Below are positions 1-12,005 of a DNA stretch of 64,000 nt, one piece after another (position 1 is the first letter of the stretch; each line of letters begins with the position of its first letter). Both the position numbers and the translations under genes were made by a program. The notes below the pieces were generated by a model. The model saw nothing but the letters and a program-made list of their open reading frames with translations. It ran no database searches and was not told where the DNA came from. Source of the DNA: Lytechinus pictus (lineage: Eukaryota); the NCBI RefSeq assembly GCF_037042905.1, contig NC_087250.1, forward strand, positions 23,438,001-23,502,000, written 5' to 3'.

Positions 1-240
1 AATCTATTCAAAGGCGCATTGTTTATTATTATTACCCCGGCTTTAGCTCGAGCTGCCTTTCATTGGTCAGTGCGTTCAAGGACTTAATCCTGCTGGGTAG
101 CCATTCACCTCACCTGGGTTGAGTGCAGCACAATGTGGATAAATTTCTTGCTGAAGGAAATTACGTCATGGCTGGGATTCAAACCCACGACCCTCTGTTT
201 CAAAGTCAGAAGACTAATCCACTGGGCCACAACGCTCCAC
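1..240 (-). mobile_element. tRNA-derived SINE (Deu-domain/SURF1-like), 3' end cut by window edge
   Basis: Minus strand GTGGAGCGTTGTGGCCCAGTGG (A box)...GGTTTGAATCCC (B box), then a TTGTGCTGCACTCAACCCAGGTGAGGTGAATGG core; closely matches the copy at 5261-5546. Confidence 0.85.
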
Positions 241-412
241 TGATTATCCTAATTCTATCATCAACATTATACTACAACAATGCTCATTGAGCTGGTGATT
301 ATATTCATAACATAATTCTAATCTAACAAGAAATCAAATCAAAATTCATAGCTTTTCTGGAAGTCTTAAATGGATCAGTAGCATGGTAAATATTGCCAGC
401 ATCGAATTCTAC

Positions 413-637
413 ACATAGTAAAAATGCTGTTTAAAACTTTTATACAAAGCTATTTACATAGAACCTTACAGCAGTTGGTTTAACAGTTTAAACAAGTATT
501 TAAAATCTTAAACGACAAAGTTTGATTTTTAAGATCTATTTCACAATAATTCAAGCAGGGTTGTTTAATCTGTTAAACAACTATTGTTAGGTTATAAGCA
601 GAGTTAAATACAATTTTAAACAGCTTTTTCCCTGTGC
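413..637. mobile_element. Degenerate palindromic MITE (TTTAAAC-rich family)
   Basis: Imperfect inverted termini ...GTAAAAATGCTGTTTAAAA / TTTTAAACAGCTTTTTCCCTGTG; similar composition to 58280-58480. Confidence 0.55.
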
Positions 638-1529
638 ATCATACTTATAGTTTTCTTAGCTGCATTACGCATACACATGCATTACAATTCTATATGTATA
701 ATTCTATTATTATCATTTTATATGTATAATTGTATTAGGCATGTATACCTTGTACACAGAATTCTATAATATGCATTACACACGTGAGTTTGTTGATTTT
801 CCAAAGATGTACCTTCACACACATCTATCATCTTTCTATACTCACACAGAACACGTCTGAGGATAATTCTATTGATAATTACGACCAACTTACACTTCAT
901 TACATTTTACGACAAGAGCTAATATGTCTAGATACAGCTAAGAAGCTTCGTCGGTATCTATGACGTTACAAGTATTATGACTTTGACTTTAATAAATATT
1001 GTCTGTTACAGCAAAAAGGATGTAAAATGTGACCCAAAGTAGAGGATTTAATTTCCCTTTTGCTCTCAACTTCCAATTTATGGCATTCATAACATCTAAG
1101 AAAGCCGAGTTATCTATAAATTCAGGCGTAAACTATGTACATGTACCAGGCTATACCTATTCTGTGTCAAATGCATTTCTATATTGAGTTCAAGCTGTGA
1201 CATTTACATTGACTGTCAGAGTATTTTGTGTTTTTATTCTTTATTGAATTGAATTTATTTGCATTTTCAAACCAAAAACCAAAAACATCATGAAGTAAAA
1301 TGAGAATCCATTCCAGGAAAGAAAAAATCATTTTTAAAAGTATTTGAAGGGTTTACTCTTAATCTGCAACATTGGATAGGCTTAAACATTGCGACGATGT
1401 ATAGGATTATTCAGGACTCCTTTTTTAGTTTCCTTTTGAGCATTTTAAGGGGTGAAATCGCCCCAAGCCCCCATGTAATTTTCCCCTGATCCATTTATGT
1501 TCCAGGATTCTGATTTTAAAGTCTTGCTA

Positions 1530-1658
1530 GGTCCCATAAAACAAAGGTTAGTGATCGATTGAATGCTTGATTTTTATGACTGATTGTACATTATAGTCAA
1601 TGCAATCAATTGTAGATAAATGTTCTATTATCATTGCTAAGCTTTGTGTCACGGGCCC
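1530..1658. mobile_element. ~130-bp MITE (GGGCCCGTRACACAAAG family)
   Basis: Inverted termini; homologous copies at 39702-39829 and 61784-61916, and a degenerate copy near 14740-14842. Confidence 0.8.
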
Positions 1659-2370
1659 TAGATGGGTAATAAAACACCCCTTTATATTCCAGTCCGACTT
1701 CAAAGTCTTGTTACGAGCAGGGTCGATGCCATGCGAACGCAGTGAACAACAGCCCAGTGGGTGTTCAGACTTAAACCTCAAATCACCATTACTAATCATC
1801 AAAAGGACGGATCCTTACCCTATTCTCTGAACCATCACTCCTTCACGACTTGTCGCTCTATCAAAACAAAATCGTCCCTCATCCCATCAATAGAATATCA
1901 AGGATCTATTCAAACGGGTATCACACAGCCAGGTGCAAGCGTTTGCTTAATTAGTTCCATTTTCCCCCCTCCCTTGATAACATTCCTAAATTCTTTACCG
2001 TGTTTTTCTTCAAGATGTGTTTAATAAAACGAGCCATGAAGGTTGAAAGATCAGGTAATTGACTTGTGAATTGCTATTTGAACATCAGTCAACCAGGCGT
2101 CTTCAGCAAATGGTAAAAGTTAATCCCTTTCTTTATCTGAAAATGCTCATCAAGATGACTTGAGGATTTATTTTTATACCAAAATTACCACAACTGGGAC
2201 CGAAATCCATGAAACTTTTTGACAGTATTCACCACATTTTTAATAATGAGAGAACGTTTCCTGTATAAATTCTTATGCAAATTCACGAGTTTAGCCGCAA
2301 AGAAAGATTATCCAAATTTCATACTTTGGATGTTGTGTGTAGTTATACAGCTGAATATATATGTATGTTG

Positions 2371-2866
2371 CTATGTGTGGGTAAGCTTTGTTCATATCTA
2401 AAGTTTTTCAATGCATACATACTATGCAAGCCTACATGGTATAATGCAAAATGTTTATCCTTGGCTAATGCTATGTCAGACAATTATAGGTTGCCTATCA
2501 TAGCAACAAGCGATATCCGAATGCTACCCCTTGCTCGCTATGTGGTGCAAGCTTTGTTATATCTTACGTTTTTCAATGTATACATACTATGCAAGCCAAT
2601 ATGTTATAATGCAAAATGTTTATCATTGGCTGATGCTATGTCAGACAATTATAGCTTGCCTATCATAGCAACAAGCGATGTCCGAATGCTACCCCTTGCT
2701 CGCTATGTGGGGCAAGCTTTGTTATATCTTACGTTTTTCAATGCATACATACTATGCAAGCCTACATGGTATAATGCAAAATGTTTATCATTGGCTGATG
2801 CTATGTCAGACAATAATAGCTTGCCTATCATAGCAACCAGCGATATCCGAATGCTACCCCCTGCTC
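2371..2866. repeat. Tandem repeat, 3 x 165 bp
   Basis: ATGCTACCCC recurs at 2521, 2686 and 2851; units are highly similar. Confidence 0.95.
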
Positions 2867-4845
2867 ACCATACCCCTACATGGCAATGATCCTTTCAGCA
2901 CCTCCCTGAGTAATGACCTCAGAAAAGTGCTAACAGGAAAATTCTCAATTTCAAAGTTCAATCACCCACATGCATTTACCAATATGTTTATTAAAAAAAA
3001 GCAAAAATGCATAATATCCTGGCATTTTACAGACAATAAAAAATATGGAAAAAATAAATGTCACAAACATCAGGACCATCCTATGTCCTAAGGCTATCGA
3101 AAGCAAAATTGTTTACGGAGTAGTAATGCATTTTTTTATTTCTCACCTCAAAACAGGACTTTTTGTTCATTTCATGAACTCGATCAAACAATAGTAGAGA
3201 TTTTCAAAGTGCAAGCTCTGTAATACATGAACCAATTATCAAAAATTACATTTGAAAATATTGAGTTTAATTTGTTCATTCATTAAAAATAAAGTGGATC
3301 ATCAATACAGATTAAATGGGATGCCCTGATTAAGATTTATGCCTTAAATAGTACTTTGGAGCAAGAACGGGTACATTTCATGCCTCAACAATTACAACCA
3401 CACATATTTCTGACAAGCAAGGCCAAGTTTACCTGTACTTTTTTGGCAGGTCACGGGGCGACAGACCTATCACCAGATATGAAAAGACCTTCAAATGCAG
3501 TCAAAGATTTTGTTTGACATTGTTGAAGACTAACGGCCCATTAACTTCAGGCAACATGGCATGGGTACATTTCAGCTGCTTCATCACGCAAGAAAGACGA
3601 ATAATAATGTATTTTTTTTACTTTTTCTCTCTGCTTTTATCTGAAAAGAAAACATTGAAAGAGGGGCAGGGAGGTCTCGTTCAAGTTGCTAATCATCTCT
3701 AGGCTTCGTTTCACGGCGCAGGGGTGAATAAATAGAATTCCCTTCTCGAATGAAATATTCCATTCCATTGTCAATTTCAAAGACTGAATGTAAGTTGGAT
3801 ACAAAGGCCAACAATGCAAGAATGAGCGATCGCATTGTGACGGAGATTATACACCACGGTATGCCCCCAAAACACGTTCGAATAACCGACAAATTGGGCC
3901 CGAGCTATTCGTCTATTTACAGTCATCATTCCATGTCTTTATCACAAATTTAATGCGACAGGTCGTCAAGGAGCGGCAAAGCTATAAGAACTTCACACCT
4001 CGGCTTAGGCAGAGACCATTCCTTTCATACACATTTCTATTTCTGAAAAATGCCCTAAAATTTAAACCATTTTCTCAGGATTTGAGACACCCCTGGAAAT
4101 TAAAATCAGTATTTACTTAATATGAAAGGGGATGAGGGAAATGTTTCATATGGTCCCAAAACGTGTCGATATTAGTTAAACACAAGGATAATTCTATTGA
4201 AATCTACATGTGTTTATGATGAGTGACATACCATTTCAGTTACTAAGTTTTAAGCACATTCGATACTGTACATCCATACTCTGAGCGATTACTACAAGCC
4301 CATATTTTCAAAGAGGATTATTTTTAAGTAATGGGTCAGTTTAGTTAAATATGATGTGAGCTTTAAATCAATCCTATTGCTCCAACTCAAATAAACCCGA
4401 TTCTGAAATCTAGAATTGTTCACATATCAATTTCCATCAACGATATACAGTTAATATCTCATACCAGGTATGTATTACAAATTCCATTTGTTACAGGTAA
4501 ATATGCTTTCTTCAGTGGTGCATGGGTGGCTTTGAAACCCTGATCCAAACAACAGATGTGCAAACTAGTTCTTTAAAAGTAGCAAGTCTGGGACAATGGG
4601 CTCCAGTCATTATTCAAATAGTTCCTGGACTATTAGATAGTTTGTTTCCAAAACACACCCAGTCCATTCATAGGGGTCTGGACCTATTCAGGGCCTATTC
4701 ATTGGACTAACTTCTCTGATAGGTGTTGATGGTATTTGGTGGTCTATGCAAAGAAGGTTTGAAGCTTTTGGAGTCGGAGAAGAAAAGAAAGATACATGAT
4801 AACGCATATAGCTACAGGCAAATCTGTAGGCCTATGACCTGTGTT

Positions 4846-5160
4846 TCGTCCAGTTGGCTCAGTTGTTAGAGCATCCATCTCACAACCGGGAGGTCAGGAG
4901 TTCAAACCCCAGCCGTGTAGTTTCCTTCAGCACAAACTTGATCGACATTGTGCTGCACTAGACCCAGGTGAGGTAAATAAGTATTTGGTAGAATTAATTC
5001 CTTGAAATGCATGTGAACTGTAAGTAATTACAGCTGCCAAGCTAAAGCCGTGTCAATAATATCCAATTACTTTGCAACTGCAAGTCAAGTGCATATAGAG
5101 ACGTTATATTCATAATGTGATATGCGCTATACGAGAACCGTTTAATATTTTTATTATTGT
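4846..5160 (+). mobile_element. tRNA-derived SINE with the same central core but a different tRNA head and tail
   Basis: TGGCTCAGTTGTTAGAGC (A box)...GAGTTCAAACCC (B box), then TTGTGCTGCACTAGACCCAGGTGAGGTAAAT core and an AT-rich tail. Confidence 0.75.
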
Positions 5161-5260
5161 TTCCTTAGAGGTTGCCATCCCTTGATTTCTTCGTGTTTTT
5201 TTATTCTTCAGGAAGAAGAGGAGGATTGAATTGAATGTACCAGTATATCTACAAAATTCA

Positions 5261-5546
5261 TAATAATAATAATAGGCATTTATAAAGCGCCATCTATCTA
5301 AAAATATTCTATTCTGAGGCGCATTGTTTACTATTATTACCCCAGCTTTAGCTCAAGCTGCGTTCCAGCGCTCTGTGCATTCAAGGAATTAATCCTGCTG
5401 GGTACCCATTCACTTCACCTGGGTTGAGTGCAGCACAATGTGTATAAATTTCTTGCTGAAGGAAATTACGCCATGGCTGGGATTCGAACCCACGACCCTC
5501 TGTTTCAAAGTCAGAAGACTAATCCACTGGGCCACAATGCTCCAAC
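5261..5546 (-). mobile_element. Full-length tRNA-derived SINE (Deu-domain/SURF1-like)
   Basis: A and B boxes (GGTTCGAATCCC) at the right end, conserved core, (TTA)n tail at 5261-5273; paralogous to 1-240. Confidence 0.88.
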
Positions 5547-5978
5547 ACTTCATCAACTTTAAAGTTTAATACAGGTCTTTATCTTAATTTCAATCTGCCA
5601 AGGAATGAGAATATTTCATAAGCATTGGGGAGGATCTTCGAATTGGAGCTGCTAGAATCATCAGCTTTGTCATGATAAATATATTCCAGTCTCATTTAGA
5701 CATGAGAACACGAGGGACGACATGTATTGTGTCGATGTACTATTAGGGGTAGGTATGAATTTACTACGTGAGATGTTATACTTGGGACTAGGAGGTGGCG
5801 AATGTGATTCCTCGCATGCTGAGTGGGAATCCACCCACGAGACAGTGTCATTAATATCAAACGACTTCTATAAGAAGAGAAGTGATTTTCATAGATGAAT
5901 ATTTCCTACTTTTAGGCTATGAAATTGGTGTTCTGTCATCTCATAAATTCACCATCTTATTCAGACTTTCCCTTTGAT

Positions 5979-6009
5979 CATGGAGATATTGTCAGTTAGT
6001 ATCTCCATG
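5979..6009. mobile_element. 31-bp hairpin stub with 7-bp TSD (candidate transposon excision footprint)
   Basis: CTTTGAT-[CATGGAGATA...TATCTCCATG]-CTTTGAA; TSD matches 6/7. Confidence 0.65.
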
Positions 6010-6789
6010 CTTTGAAACAGCTACAAAATACACAATCGATGTAATAATGATTTTCCTTTAAATGTCCGCATCAATTTATGATATCTTTGAACAGTACATT
6101 TATAGGTAACTTAATAACCCAACACAATCATATTTTTAATTCATACTATATTTGTGAACTAAAAATAATCATATAGGCCTAAGAATATACTCATTTAAAG
6201 ATGTTAAATCATACATTTGATTTTAAACTTATATAGTAAACTTTCAATGTTAACAGTACTACTATAATAAGAAGTAAATATCATGTACAGAGTCCATGGC
6301 ATTTGAACAATGTGGCAAGGGAGTGTTAACATGACTGGGATGGAATAACAAATTGAGAAGCACGACCATGTGTTTCTCTTCGGCCCTGGAGAACAAATTT
6401 GTTTCCCATAGGTATGAACACATGGTGTGAGCAGCTGGGTTTGGTCTTTTAACAAATGAAAGTACAAAACTAATGATGGTTTAATTCAATGAACGATTGG
6501 AAGAAAGTTGATTATTAACTTTCATAGATTTGCAATTTGCAAACAAGAGCTATCGTTTGCTGTACATGTGTGTAGGCCTATACTGGAAGTCATAGAAAGT
6601 TGTAATTTGTAACTTATAGCCTTCCCAAAAAGTGTGATTCTGTATTAACATACTATGAACCAACAAGATGTATCAATATTCTATTCGCCCACAATAAAAA
6701 GCTATAAATATATCTGAAGAAATTAAAATAAAATAAAAAACAAGGAGAAAATCAAGTTCGTATGAGGATTTTGGAACTTCTGATGCGAG

Positions 6790-7100
6790 CAATCCTTTCT
6801 CCCTATAACACAATACATATTAAAAATAAAATAATTCCTTCAACACTACCATTACATGAGTATTAATATTGTTGCTATGTCACGCAATCTCCAATACCCT
6901 AATCCTTTCACTTCTCCCTAAAAGACACAAGACTATACATTAAATCTACACAGATAACAACTCTTGCCATCATTATCCAAAACACTCTACAACCCTAGTA
7001 ATGTCACAAGTATTTCTGTTGCTGCTATACCAGGCAAACTGAAGCATCATTATCCTTTTACTTCTCACTAAAGTACACAAGACCATAGATTAACTCTTTG
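6790..7100. repeat. Degenerate tandem duplication, about 3 units
   Basis: ATCCTTT(C/T)ACTTCTC..TAAA..ACACAAGAC.ATA.ATTAA recurs near 6902 and 7052, with a shorter version near 6792. Confidence 0.6.
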
Positions 7101-7617
7101 CTCATTGCATGTTTAATGAGGAAATCGTGACAAAACGTGTCCATCATACAAGCGCATCCGTTAAACGCATCAAACATGCGTGTCATGTATTCCACCGTGG
7201 CTGCGTCCCAAGACGCTAATCTGTACCGCGGCCGGCGATGCTCAAACGGGTCTTACAATCTTGTGAACACGCTAAAAGGCTTATTTTGATGAGGTCCTGA
7301 CACGACCTTTGACCTCCGATACAATCAGTCTTCTATTCATTATTGAAAGTGATGGCCAAGGGGTGATGGTTATTCCATGTTTTCCTATGTACATTTATCT
7401 GTAATGTAAGCTGCATATAAGGTTTCTTTCTCCAAGAATCACTTTAGACGACATAAAGAATTTACAATATTAACTAGAATGATAAAAGGTTCTAGTGTAT
7501 TATTTAATTTCTATACTCATTAAGAATCATTGAATATTGTTGCTATGTAAGGTAATCCTTAGGTAATATCATTTTTCATATTTTTATGATTATGAAACAA
7601 ATACTTTATGACTATAT

Positions 7618-7817
7618 GGGGCGTTGCAAGAAACTTGCGATCAATTGCAAGTCTATTTTCGTTCCCGAAATCAAGCATATGCCGTGCCATTAATTGAAAA
7701 TTTGCGATTGATTGCTAATCTGTAATCTGATTTGCTATAGCTAGAAGTGATCAATCAATTGTAAAATTGCAACAGAATATTTGCGATTGATTGCAAATAT
7801 TTTCTTGCAACACCTCC
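7618..7817. mobile_element. ~200-bp MITE
   Basis: TIRs GGGGCGTTGCAAGAAA / TTTCTTGCAACACCTCC, with internal TTGCGATTGATTGC repeats. Confidence 0.75.
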
Positions 7818-8119
7818 ATAGGGGGAGTTGTTGAGGACTTTGCCTTAAATTTCAAAATCGCCTCTATAAAATCTTTAAAATATGACCACTAACTGTAAAT
7901 AAATGTCATGGAGATTGAGTCTGTCATAAAAAACACTTGCTTCAATAATCGCCCATATCCAGAACTTTCTAAGATTGACACCATAACCCCAAAACCTACT
8001 TTCTACTCCAAAATAGCACCTTGCCCATTCATGTTTTTTTTTTTTCTCTCTCTTTTTTTATGTAGGGTCTTTCTTTTCTATTTCTATTAAATCCAATAAC
8101 TGGTTTCTTTTTTGCAGTA

Positions 8120-8380
8120 TACAAGGGATCAGCCTAGACAGGCCAACGGCTTATTGCTGATCCCCCACATCCACTGCTACTTAATGTTATTCACTCCTAT
8201 CTGTCCACTTTTTTACAATTGATTTATCGTGTATTTTTTTTCTTTGTTTCTATTGTGTATATTTGTATGAATATGTTTTTATATTGTGTTTGTCATTCGA
8301 ATGTTTTTATGAGAGATGTGAAATAAATGAAATTGAAATTGAAATTGAAAATTGAAATTGAAATTGAAATTGAAATTGAA
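8120..8380 (+). mobile_element. 3' end remnant of a non-LTR retrotransposon (CR1/L2-like)
   Basis: Stem-loop GGGATCAGC (8125-8133) / GCTGATCCC (8156-8164), T-rich UTR, AATAAA, then a (GAAATT)n tail at 8329-8380. Confidence 0.55.
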
Positions 8381-9229
8381 ATAATTCCATTCCCATACAA
8401 ATAATACAATGCACTGGGATTCAATTACTTATGGGCCTTTAATTTGATGCAAAATATGATCAATTTCATACTTTGAATTCAAGATTGCGATACCAGACCC
8501 ATCACTGAATTAGCTCAAAAGTGCTTGAAATACAAAATAGAGATCAAAATGCTATTTAACCCAATTTTATGATAATTGCATTCCTGCTGGAATAATTACT
8601 TGACTATAGTGTCTGGCACCTACTGAATTACTCTACTTATCTTTATCTGGACACTATGTCTGCCCAGCGGTCAAAGTCACGCTGGATCTGGAAGCGCTGG
8701 ACGGCGGTGACGACAGACTTATCGTCTTATTTTGGACGAATAATTACTGCACAGGGATTAATTTAGGCTGAATGGTTTGGCAGATTATGGTGAAAGAGAT
8801 TTTATCACTCTTATGACATTTTTTGAATTATTAAACGAGATGGAGCTAAATCGATGTATGCAATGAGTATGTAGGTTTTCAAATGAAGCATTTATTTTGT
8901 AGTAGAACTTGAGCAAGATTCATCAGTTGACCATTCAAACGTCTACATCAAGTCAACAATTATGGACTGAAGTGGTAGGTTTTAATCAAGTGCTTGTATT
9001 TAGACGTAAAAAGCTTCTACGACAGACAAAATTTTAACTCTGCCATTGGATGCAACAAGTGTATCCCTCCTGCAAACAAACTGTTTTGAATTTTCAAGAC
9101 AAGGATGCTCTTGTGTGTTCGTACCAAGGGTTGTGTAGCCATTTTCAGCACAACATGGATTCACCCTGGAAAAAGCACAGAAGCTGCAGGATTGACAACA
9201 CCGCAGAGCTGTTGCATGCGCAGATCCAT

Positions 9230-9612
9230 CAGGGTTCCCAGCTTTTCAAGAAAACAAAATTCCCTGATGAAGTTTAAAAATTCCCTGATAATTAGTTAAA
9301 CCCATTCCCAGTTTTGCATATTTTATAAGTTGTTGCAGTGAATAAAATGTATTTTCAGTATAAAAACAGTAATATACAACTAATTAGTACCACCATAACC
9401 AGTCATTCCATGGATGTTGTTTTGATATGCAACAAAATATAACAGAGTCTGACTGACTAACGTGCTTTCGACTTTAGGGCCGATTGAAATTCCCTGATTT
9501 TTCCCTCATTTGAGGAATTTTTTCCTTATTTGAAGTATAATTATCAAATTCCATTATTTTTCCCTGACTGGAAAAAAGTAAAATAATTTTCCCTGATGGG
9601 CTGGGAACCCTG
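9230..9612. mobile_element. Non-autonomous hAT-like DNA transposon, 383 bp, 6-bp TSD
   Basis: Perfect 13-bp TIR CAGGGTTCCCAGC; TSD ATCCAT at 9224-9229 and 9613-9618; subterminal TTCCCTGA repeats. Confidence 0.88.
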
Positions 9613-9632
9613 ATCCATGGTTCAATCATCAA

Positions 9633-9802
9633 GTCATCTTGTCGGCGCAAGAACACCCTTGACGCCACACTTCTGTGCATCACATGCATGCAAAAATGCC
9701 CTTAGCAGCGTGCATGAGTGCATTGAATGAGGGCGTTTCTGCATCTATTCAACACACGAAAAATGTTTTGCTAACAGCGTTCTTGCACCGACACGATGAA
9801 CT
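9633..9802. mobile_element. MITE with imperfect TIRs
   Basis: TCATCTTGTCGGCGCAAGAAC / GTTCTTGCACCGACACGATGA inverted pair. Confidence 0.6.
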
Positions 9803-11380
9803 GTATTATCGTAGAGACGTCCGTCATCCATTAGAAAAGTTACTTAATCATCATGTGATAGAGAAGGTGACATGAGAGTAACAATTGAAACACAACACTG
9901 CATTCTGGTTTTAATCATGCAATATCATGTAATTATTATTCATATTGAGGAAAGCGCATAGTCCATCAAATATATGTGCAATCATTTCTGAAGTTGCACA
10001 AGTAAATTATTCACACATGACCACCATCCATTTATAGTTAGGCCTATCTACTTTCATTTGAATGTACAATGTAGCTTTAGTTAATATACCCTGTGGTATG
10101 ATTGACAGGGTAATGTATCAAAACAAAATCTTCAGTTCAACAATATTTTCACTGAAAGAATCAATTCGCCATCTCAAATGGCAAAACATGGCATATTCCT
10201 CTGTTGTCAGTTTGAATGCAGTTATGCCACTTTCTATGTTTAGATAGAGATTTCATTTGTGTTCATAAGTTCTGAATGTTATAAATACATAGCGAAAGAG
10301 AAAACAAATTGAAAGAATTTAGAAAAATCACCATGAACATAAAAGCAAAATTCAAACCTTTAAGACGAATTTGAGTAATGATGAAAAAAAAACCTGAAGT
10401 AAAGGCATTTCCACTCCCACCCTTTCTTTCTTTAAAAACATTTGCTTACAAACACTGGCTCTGTTCGTATTACTGTTGTTATATTATTTAACTATACCTA
10501 ATTCTATCACTGTTACATTGTAACAATAATAGTTATGGTTAACATCATGTTATTAATTCCATTTATTCAGCCTACATTTTTACATCTTACTTGTTCTCTA
10601 AGCAGATGTACTGGCAGCTTTTTTGTAAAGTATTTATGTTTTCTTGATGTCCTTTATCTTTAACAATTTTACTTTGTTTGTTTTTTAAAGAAACTTGATG
10701 AAAATAAAACAAATGAAATAAAATGAAAACAAAAAGCCTCAGTGAAAATACAAACCCTACCCCAAATCTTTATCTCCCGTCCTGCAACACTATATCAATT
10801 GAAACTACAAAACGCACAAACAATTCTCAAGGTGTGTCCTATTCCAGGTAACCTACATCAAACCATATTTGTTCTCATTTTCTAATATCATACGCAGCCC
10901 TCTCGCCAGGTAAAACACGACATGTAATCACCTCTCTCAGACAAACACCCTCTTTCTAACCTTCTATCAATATCTTACTGATGATGTTAGCGGAGTAAAA
11001 GTCAAGTTTGGCTAAGCAATTAACCCCGAAACCTTGTTCCCTATGCGTTTTGATACAACGTAATTGAGTTAGCATTTGAAAACCAGCATCTATCCCACTG
11101 CTTTACTTCTCACTTTCCCTATGTTGGAGACGGAAACTTCATTACAACTTTGCATCAGTATACTACATTTGTGTATAGAAGAGAAGGCATATGATTCTAA
11201 AAAAAAGGTAAAATTGTCTTTGGGCTCCCAAATGATGAGGTATTTGAGTCATGGACCCTGTGACTTCTTACCTGGATACCTAACCAACGAACCACTACTA
11301 CGCCTCCATCAGAATGGAGCTGGCTCTAGAATGAAAGGAGAATGTGAAGAGACACCCTTATGTGTTCCAGGGTGTTAATG

Positions 11381-12005
11381 CCAGATGGGGATTTGAATCA
11401 ACGACCTTGCGATATGCCATGTTGTGACCTGATCACTAGACCACTCAACAAACCTCCATAATAAGAAGTAGACACTCTGCCTCCCAGAGAGTTACTATAA
11501 ATACTACCAGGTAGAGATTTGAACCAATGGCCTTCTAATTTACCACCATTTGGGTCATTTAACCACTAGACCTTCATAGATCACTCAGTAAGGGGGGAGA
11601 AGACTATTTGTGAAAAAAATACTACACATCTTCCGTCTTCCAAAGGCGGAAAAACCAGATAGGGATTTGAAAAGGTGACCCTGTGATTTACCATGCAGTG
11701 ACTTAACCACTAGACCATCGCACTTCCATGACAAGCAGTTCATTTGTTACAAAAGTTATAAATATCAATATACTGCTTTCAACCACTCTGACATTCATTA
11801 GTACCAGGTAGGGCTTTGAACCAACGACCTTACGGTTACTTGTATGGTGACATAACCAAGAAACCACTGCATCTTCAGTAAAGGTATTTGATTCCATGCA
11901 GTAGGAATGAATACAAAGTATAAACCATTCACCTCTCCGGTGTTTAAACCACCAGGCAGAACTTTGAACCAATGACCTTACTTAGTGACCTAACCACTAG
12001 TCCAT
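11381..12005 (-). repeat. Tandem array of five degenerate tRNA-like (A-box/B-box) units
   Basis: Units start CCAG at 11381, 11507, 11655, 11804 and 11952 (spacing 126, 148, 149, 148); minus-strand consensus is roughly GGTCTAGTGGTTA...AGGTCRTTGGTTCAAA.CCC.AYCTGG. Confidence 0.75.

Noticed and set aside
2894..2910. REST/NRSE-like TTCAGCACC
   Set aside because: Left half-site only; the GGACAG half is missing.
11265..11300. Minus-strand CAG|GTAAGA at 11271/11272
   Set aside because: No polypyrimidine tract upstream, and it lies beside a repeat array.
11381..12005. CRISPR-like or functional tRNA gene cluster
   Set aside because: Eukaryotic context, degenerate repeats and no cas genes; stems are too disrupted for functional tRNAs.
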